Assembly: GCA_051294375.1 (NCBI GenBank)
Contig: CM119268.1
Location: 8,613,008-8,677,007 of the forward strand
DNA: 64,000 nt
Reading direction: 5' to 3'
Source: Paraspadella gotoi
Taxonomy: Eukaryota; Animalia; Chaetognatha
Both the position numbers and the translations under genes were made by a program. The notes under the pieces are model-generated. The model made no database searches. It worked only from the letters and a program-made list of their open reading frames with translations, and was not told the DNA's origin. The number at the start of each line of letters is the position of its first letter. Position 1 is the first letter of the stretch. Shown here one piece after another: positions 18,008 through 32,260 of this stretch.

Positions 18008-18781
18008 GACTCCAGAGTCTGGTTTCTTTCATCGAAGATTATAGAGAGTATAAACATTAGTCTTATTCGTTATCTTCATAGTTATCCTTTCGTTTCTAGG
18101 CTTGTGTTAGGGCTTAATTCGTTTCTGCAGTCGTATTCTGTTAAAAGGAATATGTATGTTGGAAGAAAGAAATTGTTAAATCGATAAAACTACTTATATG
18201 AAATTTGTGTTTATCTGAGATTCAATTTTTATTATTAATAACCTTGTGTCGATTTGTTTCTTCACGGTATTACGATTTTAAATATCCCTCGTAGGTTAAT
18301 TTTTTTCTTATTTCTTTACCGCTTTTATCTCATCTTTTTGTTAAAAAACATCGTTGTGTGTAAATTTTGGTTTTGTATTTTAGGCCAAAATGATTACATA
18401 TCCATTTTTACTTTACTAGTCAAAACATTGCTAGTTTATATCAACAAATTAATTATTCATTAAACTTTTACGTTGATTTAGTTTTTGTTAAAAATGGAAT
18501 TTCATTTCTTCAAAAAATTGTTTTACTCTTCTCTCTTGCAGAAAAAAAAATAACCAGGCATCCTCAAAATTGGAAAAATTCCATGACAATAAAGCATTAA
18601 TTATCGATGCCAGTAAAAGTGAAATGAAAAACCATCTCAACCAAGTCTTTTCTTCAACATCGATTTTCTACAAAACAAAAAAATATTATTTATAAAATTA
18701 ACTTTAATTGAATTCGGAACAGTTCGTCAATTTTTCTTCCCCCCTCTTCCGCCCGACTTCCGCCCGACACTGCCAGAAAAC

Positions 18782-19794
18782 ATGGCGGATCTGTACTACA
18801 ACGAAATTCAGCGCGAGCGTAATTTCGATTTCACGACACAAAACGAGACCGTCAACGCCGCAGTGCCAATTGTCGTCGCCTGCTTCGTGGTCTTCGTAGT
18901 CGTCGTCGTCGTCATCGTCGTCGCTTGCTGTCTCAAGTTGCGCGACCGGAAGCCATGCTACCGCCGCCTGCGCCGAAGCTGCGCCGTCTGCTTGCCGCGA
19001 AGATTCCGTTACCATAGCGACAAGGGGACGCCGTTGAGCGAACGCGTCGACGGGGATGACGACGACGAAGGATCGTCGATGGTGGAGGTGTTGACGTCGT
19101 CGTCGGAAGGAGAACGCGACGAGGTAGATGGAGGAAAGGAGAACAAGAGAAGAAAGGAGAACGGGAGAACGGGGGAGAAGAGGAAGACGAGGAGAACTGC
19201 GGAAGTTGGAAGAAAGAAAAGGATAGAGGGAAAAGCGGGAGGAAGAAAGGAAGGAGAACCCACGACGAAACTTTCGACTCTCAGCGGACGAGAAATCTCG
19301 GCGTCGAGTCGTCGCGTCAGACCGGCGTCGAAATCGGGGCGAAGGAAAAGCGCCGGCGACGCCCTAGTGGGAAGGGCGAAGGATCGAAATATGCGAAGGA
19401 GCGAAACTTGGGCCGGCGACGTGGAAGAAAATGGCGCCACCGCGAAGGAGAAAAAAACCGGCGTCGAAATGTCGCCGTCCAAAAAAGACGCCGCCAGAAG
19501 CTACGATGCCGATGAAAGGTCTGTCGTCGAAAAAAAGACGCAAAGACGAAATCGACTCGAAAAACAAAAAAATATTCGCGAAGATGACGAAGCCAAGAGC
19601 GAGAGTGATTACGGCGCTAAAAATAGACCTCAAAATGGAACCAAAAACAACGTGAAAAACGGGGGTAATGAAGGCGCTATAAACGGAGCGGAAAGAGACG
19701 CTGAAAAAGAGGAGGAGAAAAATGGGGCTAAGAAATCAAAGAGTCGGTGGCGGAATCTCTTTGGAAAAAAAGAGGGAAGAGGTTGTAGGGAGAA

Positions 19795-19831
<37 letters not shown>

Positions 19832-20014
19832 TCTGAACCGAACGGCGACGTCTATGTAGCACTGACGACGACGACGACGACGAAGGCGCCACCGGAAACG
19901 GAAACGCCCTCGAGATCGAGTTCCAGCTCAACTATACGGCGAATCGCGACTTCGCTTAATATGAGAGACGCGGAAATTGGATTGACAAAGGATGGAAAGC
20001 TGAACTGGGTCTGA
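18782..20014 (+). CDS. Orphan single-pass membrane protein B (410 aa, intronless CDS)
   Basis: 1233-bp GC-rich ORF in AT-rich surroundings with good start context (aaacATGG). N-terminal NET sequon, ~24-aa hydrophobic helix, Cys/Arg-rich juxtamembrane segment, long charged low-complexity tail. Confidence 0.75.
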
Positions 20015-21639
20015 AGTCTGAAGAACCCAATGGTGAAAAGAAACTCGGTCTTTTCCGCTTTTATGAATCGTAAACAGAAACCAGGGAAAAAGTTTGTTTA
20101 TTTCCTCCCGATTGAAAAGGAGAAACCTCGCGGGGAAAAAACGTAGACTCTACGTTAAAAAAAAACAAATGGCCAACCCCGTGGAAAAACAAATGACGTT
20201 CTTCCTCGCTTTCTCACCGACGCAAACAAAGAATCTGCCTTTCAACTGCGAATCTTCAGCCTTCACCATTCACATTTGCCTTTTTTTTTTTTAACTCGTC
20301 AATTTTTTGTTCCTTTTTGCCCTCGTTGTGATTTCCGATCGCGCCAATTTTTGATTGGCGGCATTTTTTTCGCACATTTTCTGTACTTTTTTTTAAGTGT
20401 GTACAAAAGATTCTCACTCTGGAGAACGTTAACCTCGTTATAAACTTTCGCGTGATGTCAATCGTTCATTAAAGAAATAATATTCTAAATAAATTTACCT
20501 TATTTTGCGAATATTATTGAAAAAGTAGTTTTTTTTTATTCAGATTATAGTAATTAGTTGAAATCTGAATTTAGGAGCCTCTTAAGACGCAAAACAATTT
20601 GTGAAAATGGTAATTGGCTGAGATGATAATTAATCTAATCTCTTGTGAAGCAAGTCGTGTTTGCCTTCTCCAAACGGATTAAAGAAATTTTAAAGAAAAC
20701 ATATAAAATTACATCAAAAGTATATTGAAACTGCGCCCGTGAACGGAACTCAGTCAAGTTACGAACGCCACCATGAAAAAATTTTAAAACATTTTTGTTT
20801 TCAAGTGAAATATCGCGTTATGTGATATATTCGCAAAGGCATTCCCCCCGAGAAAGGATGGATTGAAAAAAAATTTCTCGTGATTTATGATTTTTTTTTT
20901 TTTTTTTTTTTTATCGAAAAACGTTTTTTATTTCTTTCGCGTGAAAAGAAAATTATTCAATTTTGATTGAAAACAAGTTAATTACGAAGTAACCGGCAAA
21001 TGCCCAAATGGAGTGGGTGGAATAATGGAAGAAAAATCAAAATAATTTGTTAATATTATTCATTTAAAGGTAAGGTACATGAACAATATGAAGTTTCAGT
21101 CCAAGTAAATTATTATTGTAGCCTTATATAAATCGAAGAGATAACAAAAAGGGAAAGCCAAAAAACAATTTTAATACAAAAAATATCTATCCACCCGTAA
21201 AATATGGATGATATTATTAAGCATCGACTCGTATTTGACAAGATTCATCAATGATTCAAGAGAAATTCATGAAAGTGGCCTTTTTTTCTGATCACGTGGA
21301 CTGCGACGACGACGACGACGACGACAACAATTAGGACGACGGCGTTGGCGACGACAACGAAGATGATGACAACGAAAAGATCTTCAGGTTGTCACGTTGA
21401 CGGAAAAAAACAGCGCGACCTTTTTTGATCGGGGCTCTTTTTGGCGTTTGTTCACTTAATATTTCTTTTAAGTTTCGACCTAATAACTTAATATAATAAA
21501 AAAACAAAAACAGAAAATATGAACAAACTTGCAGGAGCAGTTAAGCTATAAAAAAAAATAATTAAAATATATTTTCCCAGTCACTGCCGCAATGATAATT
21601 ACGGTTGGTCTTTCTAAAAATTTAATTAAAAAGAAAAAC

Positions 21640-21868
21640 TGAAGAGGCTGGTTTTACAGGGTGACAGCGGGACAGCATGTTCATGTAGTCCAGAGCTTTG
21701 GATCTGGCAGTAGGCCCATGCCTACAGGCGGGTTACCCGGTCCATCCCACTTTCTACATTACAACCTCAGGGCTCGAACCAGGGACGCACATTGGGATGG
21801 TGCATTAGTCCACTGAGGCGCTGCGAAAGAAACAGCTTTAATCCATCTGTGGTGATAGGACCACCAAA
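21640..21868 (-). mobile_element. Solo LTR of the tRNA-derived TRIM family
   Basis: Reverse complement of the 4844-5109 LTR with two internal deletions (one removes the A box). Flanked by a TSD (A)AAAC at 21636-21639 and 21869-21872. Confidence 0.9.
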
Positions 21869-22930
21869 AAACCTTAATAAAAAAATCCAATCGATTCCCT
21901 TTTTCAAATCTAACGCAACTAAACTTAGGAGACAAATCGCTACTCTGCTTTTTTTACGGCCGACATCCGGTCTATTCATTGATCAGTGTCGAAAAATTCA
22001 TCAGATCGAATTTTTTGTTTTTTTTTAACATTTATAAAATTTTTTTATCGTAAGATGAAACTCGCAGCGCAACCAAAAAGACAAACGGTGGCTAATTTAT
22101 TTCTTTTTATACTGGCCGAAAAAAAACGTGAGTTTTATTTAATTTTTCAACGTAAGATGACATAGCTTGTGATTTGAATGACGAAGACGAGGAGAAATAC
22201 GTAGTAGACTACCACAATAATAAAAATAATCCTTAAATTTGTTGCTCGGCGATTCCGTCCGCAGCCTATTAAATTGTGGCTCAGTATCTGGAGTCTGGAC
22301 AAAGAACAATTGCAAAACATTGTTTGTTTTTTTACGCATCGATACCACAAGTGCTACAACAACAACATAAACAACAACAACAACAACTACAACAACGCTT
22401 CTTTCATCTTCACATCAGAAAGCAAAAAAAGATCTCGAATCTTACAGGTTGAATTCTCCAGAAAAAAATGAGGGCAGATTTTACTTCATCGAAAGCTAAA
22501 TCATTCGTTGCTTCATTCATGAAGAAAAAAACGGGAACAAACTAAAAATTAATTTATGTCCGCACGTCTACAAGTTCACACAAAATTGCAAAACTAGTAA
22601 AAAATAAATGACTTAATAAAAACTCTTAACTCTTAAGGTGATTAATAAGGAGTCAGCAAGGAGTTTCGATATTTTTTTTGCGAAAACAATTTCGAAGACA
22701 ACAAGTTCCCTGTGATGCGTTTACTTCCTTTTTAGCCTAACATATATTGATCGACGGGAAACTAATACTAACCGTGCGTTAGTTTACCCTCCGTTCAAAA
22801 CTTTAATTAAACTAAAAAAAAAACATAAATCAAATAATCTACTTAATAATTTTTATTAATCAAAATTTAATGAAAAATTAAAAACAGTCGATCTAAATAG
22901 ACAGAACTCAGTTGTAAGAAAATTATCATC

Positions 22931-23301
22931 ATGGCTGATATGTTAATCCATGAAACCTTAGTGGATGAAGAGAATTACGAGTAAGTTACACATTGATTAT
23001 TACATTGGTTGTTACCGATTTATATTATCATTATTAATATTATTCATCGTTAATCACTTGAAGAATTGTCGGATTCGGCCTGAAAAAAAACCAAGCGGAA
23101 AGCGACAACGCGACCGTCCCGACCCCTAACGTCACCGACGCCGTGGAACCCACGATTCCGGCGACGCGGGAATCACCGGCGCTGATGCTGTGGCCAGCCC
23201 TTTTGGCCGCTGCGGGGGCTGTCGTCGTCGTCGTCGTCATCGTCTGCGTCGCCGTCGTCCTGCAGCGGAGGAAGAGAGGAACGACGATGACGATGACGTA
23301 G
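22931..23301 (+). CDS. Orphan small single-pass membrane protein C; predicted exons 22931-22980, 23064-23301
   Basis: atcATGG start. MADMLIHETLVDEENYE ends at a consensus GTAAGT donor (phase 2) and joins in frame to IVGFGLKKNQAESDNATVPTPNVTDAVEPT...LMLWPALLAAAGAVVVVVVIVCVAVVLQRRKRG..stop. Two N-glycosylation sequons precede the TM and basic residues follow it. The acceptor is a weaker AAG. Confidence 0.55.
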
Positions 23302-24714
23302 GTTACGTCGTCAGTCTCTCAAAACGAAAACAAACAAAACAAAAACAAAAAAAAACAATCACGATGTAGATGGAATTGTCTCATCGTGCTTCGAATAAAT
23401 ACTGAATTAAAAAAAATTTAAGAATTTACGGCAAAGTGTGTTTTTCGGTGTGTGAGATTTTTCATGATTCATAGTTGAAATCGTTCGAATTAGATCCCTC
23501 AAACTTATAAACTGTAAACTGCTTAAATTTCATTCTTTGATTGTTTTATCCCGTGATGGCAGAGAAATGAAATCTTATCCCTCTGCCCACTGTTAGCTTT
23601 TAATAAAAGATTGAACTTTTTAAATTTCGAACTTTTTTCAAAATCAATACGTACGTAAACGAGGATCCCTAACTAATCAGTCACAGTTATAGTATGTATT
23701 AGGCTATAAGCTAATGTTTCCGACAAGAACCAGATTATCGGTTGTCACGTGAAACTTATAAGTGACTCTGGAGATCAGAAATCGAGCGGGAGTCAGCAAA
23801 ATGGCGACGCATTCGCTAAAATGAGTTAAAATGTGAGGATTTAACTGTGACATCTTTTCGTCTCAAAGAGAAAAATGAAATGGGAAACGATAAGAAACAG
23901 AGGCCCTTGACGTCGGTGAAGACGATGTCGACGACGATGATGACGACGACGACTCAAATTCTAAAAATCCATAAAATACATATATACAGAGGATTTTCTT
24001 TCATGCTGACGTCATACTGTATTCAAACCATAAGCGTTTGTATCAGGTGTTTTCCATCCCATTTTTATTGTGATGGTTTACAGAAAATATAAAATATTGA
24101 ATGGTAAGTTTGTTGAATCAAAAAATATATATATATCTTAAGTCTTAAGGACGGGAACTTCGGACTGAAAAGATTTATATAGAGTGACCCGAAAATAGAA
24201 GCGAAAAACAAAGAAGAAACTTAGGCCAAAAAGAAGAAAAAAAAATCGAAGAAAATATCGGACGACGTTAGGAATTTTTTTTGTGGGGCGTTGGTTAAAT
24301 TGAGTCAGTTTGATGAAGTTTGTAGAATTTATATAATCGGTCATGAGATGCGGAGGAAAAACGTGGCAGGAATTTTTTGGGGCGGTTTTTGTTTAAAAAT
24401 TTTCACCGTTTTATCACAAGTATCGAGTATGACCATTACTTGCCGAGTTTTGAAGTTTAGAGCTTCTCTCTCAATTCTAATCCCTCGTTCCATTCCCTCA
24501 ACTAATCTTTTTTTCATTTTTCCTATGTCACATTATTATATTATTATATTATTCTTATTTCTTATATAATAAATAAAGTAACAGGTCTCCCAAGTAACTC
24601 GGCTTCATATTCCTAATTGCATGGAGCGCACTGTGCAACCCACAACCCCCCGCCCCACATTCCTGTACAAAGACTCCCATCAATCGACACTCCATCACCC
24701 CCAAAACTACTCAC

Positions 24715-24762
24715 CCTCATTTGACACTCCCGACTCAGTCCGTAGGCGGGTCCTCTGTTCAT
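24715..24762 (-). CDS. Myophilin/transgelin/MP20-like protein, coding exon 1
   Basis: Minus strand gccgaagATG...AGG|GTGAGT encodes MNRGPAYGLSRECQMR, the characteristic transgelin/calponin N-terminus (RGPxYGLSxE). Missed by the ORF track. Confidence 0.92.
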
Positions 24763-25043
24763 CTTCGGCGTTTCCTTCTTTATTTTAAACGTCGCTCGAA
24801 TTTATTTCCAGTCGGAATTAAACCAAAAGGAATCCAGTTTTTTTCTTTTCTTTTTCTTGTTTTTTTTTTGGCAGCGAAGATCGAGAAAAGAGTTTTTTTT
24901 CTTGGCTTCAACTCCGTTTAAGGAAAAATAAGGCGAACTGCTTTCTCACACTGGCGAATGACGTTACGAAAACATTCCTACACAGTCGAAAATATTTATA
25001 AAAAAAAAAAAAAAAAAAATTGGGAAGCTGGAGGGGGTGACGA

Positions 25044-25134
<91 letters not shown>

Positions 25135-25787
25135 AGGGTCGTGATGAACAGAAAGATCGAATCATCCCTTTTTAAGGCGATTCTCTGCTCTTTTTAGCTT
25201 CAAAGAAAAAAAAAACTTTTTTGGGGAAAGATATATTTCCCTTCAGTAACAAAATTCCTTCTTAGCCCCCAAAAAAATGGTTCTTTATTTAACATAACAT
25301 TAACATAACATAAAAAAGGGAAAAAAATATCAGAATTCGAAATAAGGTTATTTTGAGGAGGAGGAGGAGGAGGAGGAGGAGGAGGAAGGGGAGAGCGAAG
25401 GTGGCGGGAGTGTTTTTAAAAAGGAAACAGTCAATGTTGAATAATCTAATTTCATTATAGAGCGAAAATGAAATCAAGCAAAGCTTGGAAGGAAATTTTA
25501 TCACATTAATGTAATCGAAAAATGTAGCGAGACGAGAGCGAAACGATTTCAGAATGTAAGGTGGGTTGGTGAGTCTGTACGTCAGCGTGAAAAAATTTGA
25601 CAGTTTGTTCAAAATGACGTGGGCATTTCCGAACGAGAACGATGTTTAAAAAAAAAAACAACTTTGCTGTATATTCGAGACGAGTTTCTTAAAAACAAAT
25701 ATCGGAAATTGATTTGGCACCCGGAAACTGGAAAAACTTTGTAACTATCACTTAAGAGGTGGAGAAAGGGAGAGAGAGAGAGAGAAT

Positions 25788-25842
<55 letters not shown>

Positions 25843-27243
25843 GAGAGAGAGAGAGAGAAGAAGAGAGAGAGAGAGAGAGAAACCCTTTGTCCTAAATATG
25901 GATACAATTATTTTTCCGGAAATAACGACTTTGGGTCCGAAAATTAATCTAATTTTCTTTACTATTTTAGGTAATGGAATTTGTTGCGCAAAGATTTATT
26001 TATTTATTTTGTTAATATAGTATATATAGTAATATTGCAGTAGTCGTTCTTTGAGACATTTATAACTTACTTATTTAATGATTGAATAATGTTATATTAA
26101 ATTTCGCCAATTTCATTTAAGGATGATATTTTTGATGGTGGATTATCAAATTTTTGAAAACGATGATAATAAAGATGACGATAATGAAAATGATGATACA
26201 ACGATAATGAAAATGATAATGACAATGATGATACAATGATAATGAAAATGATGATGACAATGATGATGACAATGATGATGACAATGTTGATAACAATGAT
26301 AATGTAAATGATAATGAAAATGAAGATAACAGTGATGATGAAAATGATGATGACAATGATGATAACAGTGATGATGACAATGATTATAACAATGATGATG
26401 ACAATGATGCTGAAAATTATAATGACGGTGAAGAGAAGAGAGAATCGGTTTAAAAAGAAACAAATTGGACCAAAGGAAAAAAAAGTTTAGAGTGGGTAAG
26501 GTCAAGGGTCACGGCTTTAAATAGCTGCTGTAGGGAAACTATGACTGATTCGGGTTGGAAACGATTCTTGGAATGGGAAGGGTGGGGGTCACGTTAGAGA
26601 GAGGGGGAGAGAGAGAGAGCGAGAGAGAGATAGAGAGAGAGAGAGAGAGTCCCTTTAATCTACTTCGTAGTTTTCATTTCGATCGTTAACTTCAGCTTTA
26701 TAATTGTCGCTGCCAATCAAAGAGCGACGTTAACCTGAGGCTGAGATCCGCTGCTTAATTCTCCTTTCGTCGTCGTTGTTGTTGTTGTAGCCGCCCCGAC
26801 GAAAAGGCCGGGATGAATTCTTGAATATTAGAATGATTTGAAGATAAAGTTAATCCGGCAGAAAAAGGCATTTCTTGACCAGAGCTGAAAGGAAATGAGC
26901 CAGCTTTTTTATAATTTTTAAAAAATTTTCAATCTTATCTAAAACGGAATCAAATTTCGTCAAATTGCATCAAGAAGCCTCGAAATAGAGATTTTTTCGG
27001 TTACTGTGCCAAGCTGTGTAGACTGTACTGTAGTCGTAGTACTGTACTGTAGTCTGTAGTCGTCAACATCGTCGTCGTCGTCGTCGTCGTCGTCGACGTC
27101 GGCAAAAACTGTTGTGACCTAGAAGTGGACCAGCTGCTTCCAAATTCGAATAAGTGTCTTTTTAGGTTGAGACGTTTGTGCCAATTCTCAATTTCACAAC
27201 CAATAGGCTTCAGATTTTTACAACATTTATTTTTTTTTCATTT

Positions 27244-27246
<3 letters not shown>

Positions 27247-27335
<89 letters not shown>

Positions 27336-27338
27336 TTT
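27247..27338. repeat. (ATTT)n microsatellite (mirror copy ~34257-34340)
   Basis: Pure run seen directly. Confidence 0.95.
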
Positions 27339-28110
27339 TGGATCGGTTTGCCTGAATAACTTTACTGTAATTGGTATTTACCTAATTAGACAATAAAAAA
27401 AACATTTCCAAAACTTTATTTATAAAATTATCTCTCTTTTCGATTTTCTTTTTTCTCTTCGCTGGAAAATCGAAAAAACTGGACAAAATTCCTTATTTTT
27501 TTTTTTTTTGGTTTTGTTTTGTTTTGCCAAAAACAAAGAAAAAAAATTACGAACAAGAACTCGATACACAATCTGGAATTTCGCCCAGGAAAAAAAAAAA
27601 AAAAAAAGCAAATCGAAGACTCATCGCCCGCGGTCGTAGCAAATGGAAGAAGCAGCTGTTTCCTTGCGTCGACCACCCTCGGCTAGGGGGTGAGGGGAAA
27701 GGTGGGAAGGTGGCGGCGGTGGCGGGTGCCCCCGGGGGTGGGGACAATCACCGCGAAGAGGGTGATTCTAACCGAGTGATTGTTTCCAACTCGAAACCTT
27801 AATCTGTGAAACTCCATAATTATTAGGCCCCAAAATAGAAACGATACAACTTGAACACGAAAAGTTCGTCATCTCACAATCAAACTCGTAACAGTTTTTG
27901 AAAATACTTTGTTGATTTAACAAAGAATATAGTCCTCTTTTATTTTTGTTAAAAAATGATCGATTATCCAACCTGATTGGCCAGAGTGAACCGAAAACCC
28001 GGATATGCTGGCTCCTGATTGGATCTACGAATGTTAAAGAGTTTTGACAAAACTAGAACTCAAACCAGGAACAAGGAAACTATCGGCGAAGAAAATTAGG
28101 TGACCTGAAT

Positions 28111-28170
<60 letters not shown>
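28111..28170. repeat. (TCG)n/(ACG)n trinucleotide microsatellite (mirror copy ~33418-33480; shorter ones at ~10804, 21305, 27069)
   Basis: Pure run seen directly. Confidence 0.95.
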
Positions 28171-28171
<1 letters not shown>

Positions 28172-29358
28172 TTTCTCATTTATTTATATCGGATGTTTTG
28201 AAGCAATTTCCCTTCACGATTGCATCCTTGAAATATTAAAAACTCGTCGTTGCCAACGAATTTGACTCTTAATCAAATATATATACTATTCTCTCACTCA
28301 AAATTCATTTCGGCGAAAAACCAAATATAAAACGAAAGGAATTCGTTGGAGACGGCACTCCCTTCAACCGCCCACCTCAGGAGAGGAAACTCCTTTCCCC
28401 GCCTTCCGATTACGCAACCCGCCGCAAATTACGTTGCCATCAGCGCCATCCTTCCTAACGCCACCCCGAACAAACTCCACCCCTTTCTTCCACCCCCCCC
28501 CTCCGCCACCCACAACCCTCGCCCACCAAATTCTGAGACTCAGGCGCGATCGGCGAAAGGAAGATTCGTTCGGGATTTCGAGGCGGAAAATGGAACAAAG
28601 ATTACAAAATGAAGCCAAAATCGGAAGGAGTAATTATTATAAATATTATAGCTATATCAGTTTCATAAAAGTCAGCTCCTTGTATTTTAATGTTCGTGCA
28701 GAGTACAGTGAGTGCACTATAGTATTTTCCGATCTAATACTTACGGGAATCGTCCTTTAATTAAAATTAAATAGTTCATTGAACGTAAGCCAGGCACTGC
28801 AGGGAGCTATTAAACTAGACAGTGAGAGTGTGAGAGTCTTAATTGAAAGCTTGGAGGGACTTGCTGACATCGAGAGGGATGAAGGCCTTAAACCACCAAA
28901 GCCTGTCTAGTGTCTATTGTTCGGTGTCCAAAGTCGGGGGTAAGATCGCTTATTTATTAAATTTTTTTTTTCATGTTTTTATTCTAAAAAAAACTTGGTT
29001 GATTAAGTTCATTTCTTTGTTCCTTTCTAACCTATGTAGTATGTATGTCAGTAAAAACTTATATTACACGCAGGGTTACAAGCAGATGTTACCTCTAAAA
29101 AATTATACGTCAATTCTTTAGATTTGAGGGCTTAAAGCCCACATTTTTCTCGTACGGATTTAACCTTAGAAATGTTACAATATATCAATCCTTCAATAAA
29201 CTCGATGGAATTGGAAAAGTAAAGACAAAAAAAAATTGTAAAACATTTTTTTTCTTTCGTGAAAAAATCGCTCTCCCGTCGAATGATACGAGAAAAGGGT
29301 ACCGATCAAAGTTACATTTCGTTCTCTCTCTCTCTCTCTCTCTCATCTCTCTCTCTTC

Positions 29359-29391
<33 letters not shown>

Positions 29392-29501
29392 TCCTCTCTC
29401 TCAATTTTTCTCTGCTGGGAAATTCCATCTCTCTCCGCTCTCATAAGATTGTGGTAAGCTGGCATTTCCCTCGATTTCGGTATCATCCGCACGTCATCAA
29501 T

Positions 29502-29574
<73 letters not shown>

Positions 29575-29913
29575 GCATCCATTTCAGGGCGACCTGATTT
29601 CAATACGAGTCTTACGACGTTGGGTTCAACGACTACAATAGTCTCAATATTGTACATTATATTTCCCTTTAATCCTCTTAAATGTAAATCATCAAATCGG
29701 TTCCTCGTCCAATCATGACCCGCGCTCTCCTTTTGGTCACGACGATATTTCACTACGAATTCGAAATTTGTGAAAAAGTATGAAAAGTCAAATCGATGAA
29801 TCATTTTCATAGTGAGAAAAAAAATCGCCTTTTAAAGTTTCGAGAAAAAGGAGAAAATTTTTTTTTTTGTTGAAGATTTCGTCTGGAAACCAAACCCACT
29901 TCGTTTTTTTTAT

Positions 29914-29992
<79 letters not shown>

Positions 29993-30421
29993 AGAGAGGG
30001 AGAGAGAGAGAGAGAGAGAGAATTTTGCAATCTGCAGGCTCGCCTCATTATGTTTCTTTTCCCCTTCTCTCTCTTTTTAGTTTAAAACCTTTTAACATTT
30101 TAGTCTTTAATTTTATACTTAACTTACGAGTATTTCATTCTCTTGTTTGTTCCACAGTTGCATCGATCATCGACTTTCTTAATCTTTTTTTCATCCAGCG
30201 CTTTTTAATCCCCTGCTTCATTTCTTGTAAATTCACACCCTCTTCGTTTAACCTTTCTTTCTCTTTCCCACAACAACGACAACGATTACGGAATGATCAC
30301 TCTCCGCTCTTCGTCCCTTTCCATCGCTATCATCATCATCATTATCATCATCATCATCATCATCATCATCATTATCATCATCATCATCAACATCATCTTC
30401 AACATAATCATCATCATCATC

Positions 30422-30484
<63 letters not shown>

Positions 30485-30722
30485 TTTATCAGTATCTCTA
30501 TCTTTTTCATCTCCACATCATTTTCCCTTCCCGACCCCCGTTTGCTTCTCCTCCTCCTCTTCCTCCTCCTCCTTCTCCTCCTCCCCTGCTCCACCTCCCT
30601 CCCCGCCCGGTGAATGGAACCGAACGCCTTGAGAATTCCACGTCGTGACGAAGCCCGGGGTACTACGGGAACCAATCCGCGTCCAGAACGGCGCCGGGAT
30701 TTGAGCGATGTCAAGACGCGTA

Positions 30723-30747
30723 NNNNNNNNNNNNNNNNNNNNNNNNN
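30723..30747. other. Assembly gap (25 N)
   Basis: Run of N. Confidence 1.
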
Positions 30748-30768
30748 GTACTGAGAGAGATGAGAGAA

Positions 30769-30849
<81 letters not shown>

Positions 30850-31121
30850 AGGTAAGGATGGGGAATTTAAAAATTGAGAGTTACGCGTCTTGACATCGCT
30901 CAAATCCCGGCGCCGTTCTGGACGCGGATTGGTTCCGTAGTACCCGGGCTTCGTCACGACGTGGAATCTCTCAAGGCGTTTCGGTTCCATTCACCGGGCG
31001 GGGAGGAGGTGGAGCAGGGGAGGAGGAAGAAGGAGGAGGAGGAAGAGGAGGAGGAGAAGCAAACGGGGGTCGGGAAGGGAAAATGATGTGGAGATGAAAA
31101 ATAGATAGAGATACTGATAAA

Positions 31122-31158
<37 letters not shown>

Positions 31159-31584
31159 GATGATGATGATGATGAAGATTGATGATGATGATTATGGTTG
31201 AAGATGATGTTGATGATGATGATGATAATGATGATGATGATGATGATGATGATGAGATATAATGATGATGATGATAGCGATGGAAAGGGACGAAGAGCGG
31301 AGAGTGATCATTCCGTAATCGTTGTCGTTGTTGTGGGAAAGAGAAAGAAAGGTTAAACGAAGAGGGTGTGAATTTACAAGAAATGAAGCAGGGGATTAAA
31401 GCGTGGATGAAAAAAAGTTAAGAAAGTCGATGATCGATGCAACTGTGGAACAAACAAGAGAATGAAATACTCGTAAGTTAAGTATAAAATTAAAGACTAA
31501 AATGTTAAAAGGTTTAAACTAAAAGAGAAGAGAAGGGAAAGAAACATAATGAGGCGAGCCTGCAGATTGCAAAATTCTCTCTCT

Positions 31585-31706
<122 letters not shown>

Positions 31707-32045
31707 TAAAAAAAACGAAGTGGGTTTGGTTTCCAGACCGAAATCTCAAGCAAAAAAAAAAATTTTCTCCTTTTTCTCGAAACTTTAAAAGGCGATTTTT
31801 TTTCTCACTATGAAAATGATTCATCGATTTGACTTTTCATACTTTTTCACAAATTTCGAATTCGTAGTGAAATATCGTCGTGACCAAAAGGAGAGCGCGG
31901 GTCATGATTGGGACGAGGAACCGATTTGATGATTTACATTTAAGAGGATTAAAGGGAAATATATGTACAATATTGAGACTATTGTAGTCGTTGAACCCAA
32001 CGTCGTAAGACTCGTATTGAAATCAGGTCGCCCTGAAATGGATGC

Positions 32046-32091
<46 letters not shown>

Positions 32092-32200
32092 ATGATGATG
32101 ATGATGATGATGATGACGTCGATGATACCGACATCGAGGGAAATGCCAGCTTACCACAATCTTATGAGAGCGGAGAGAGTGGAATTGTCCCAGCCAGAGA

Positions 32201-32260
<60 letters not shown>

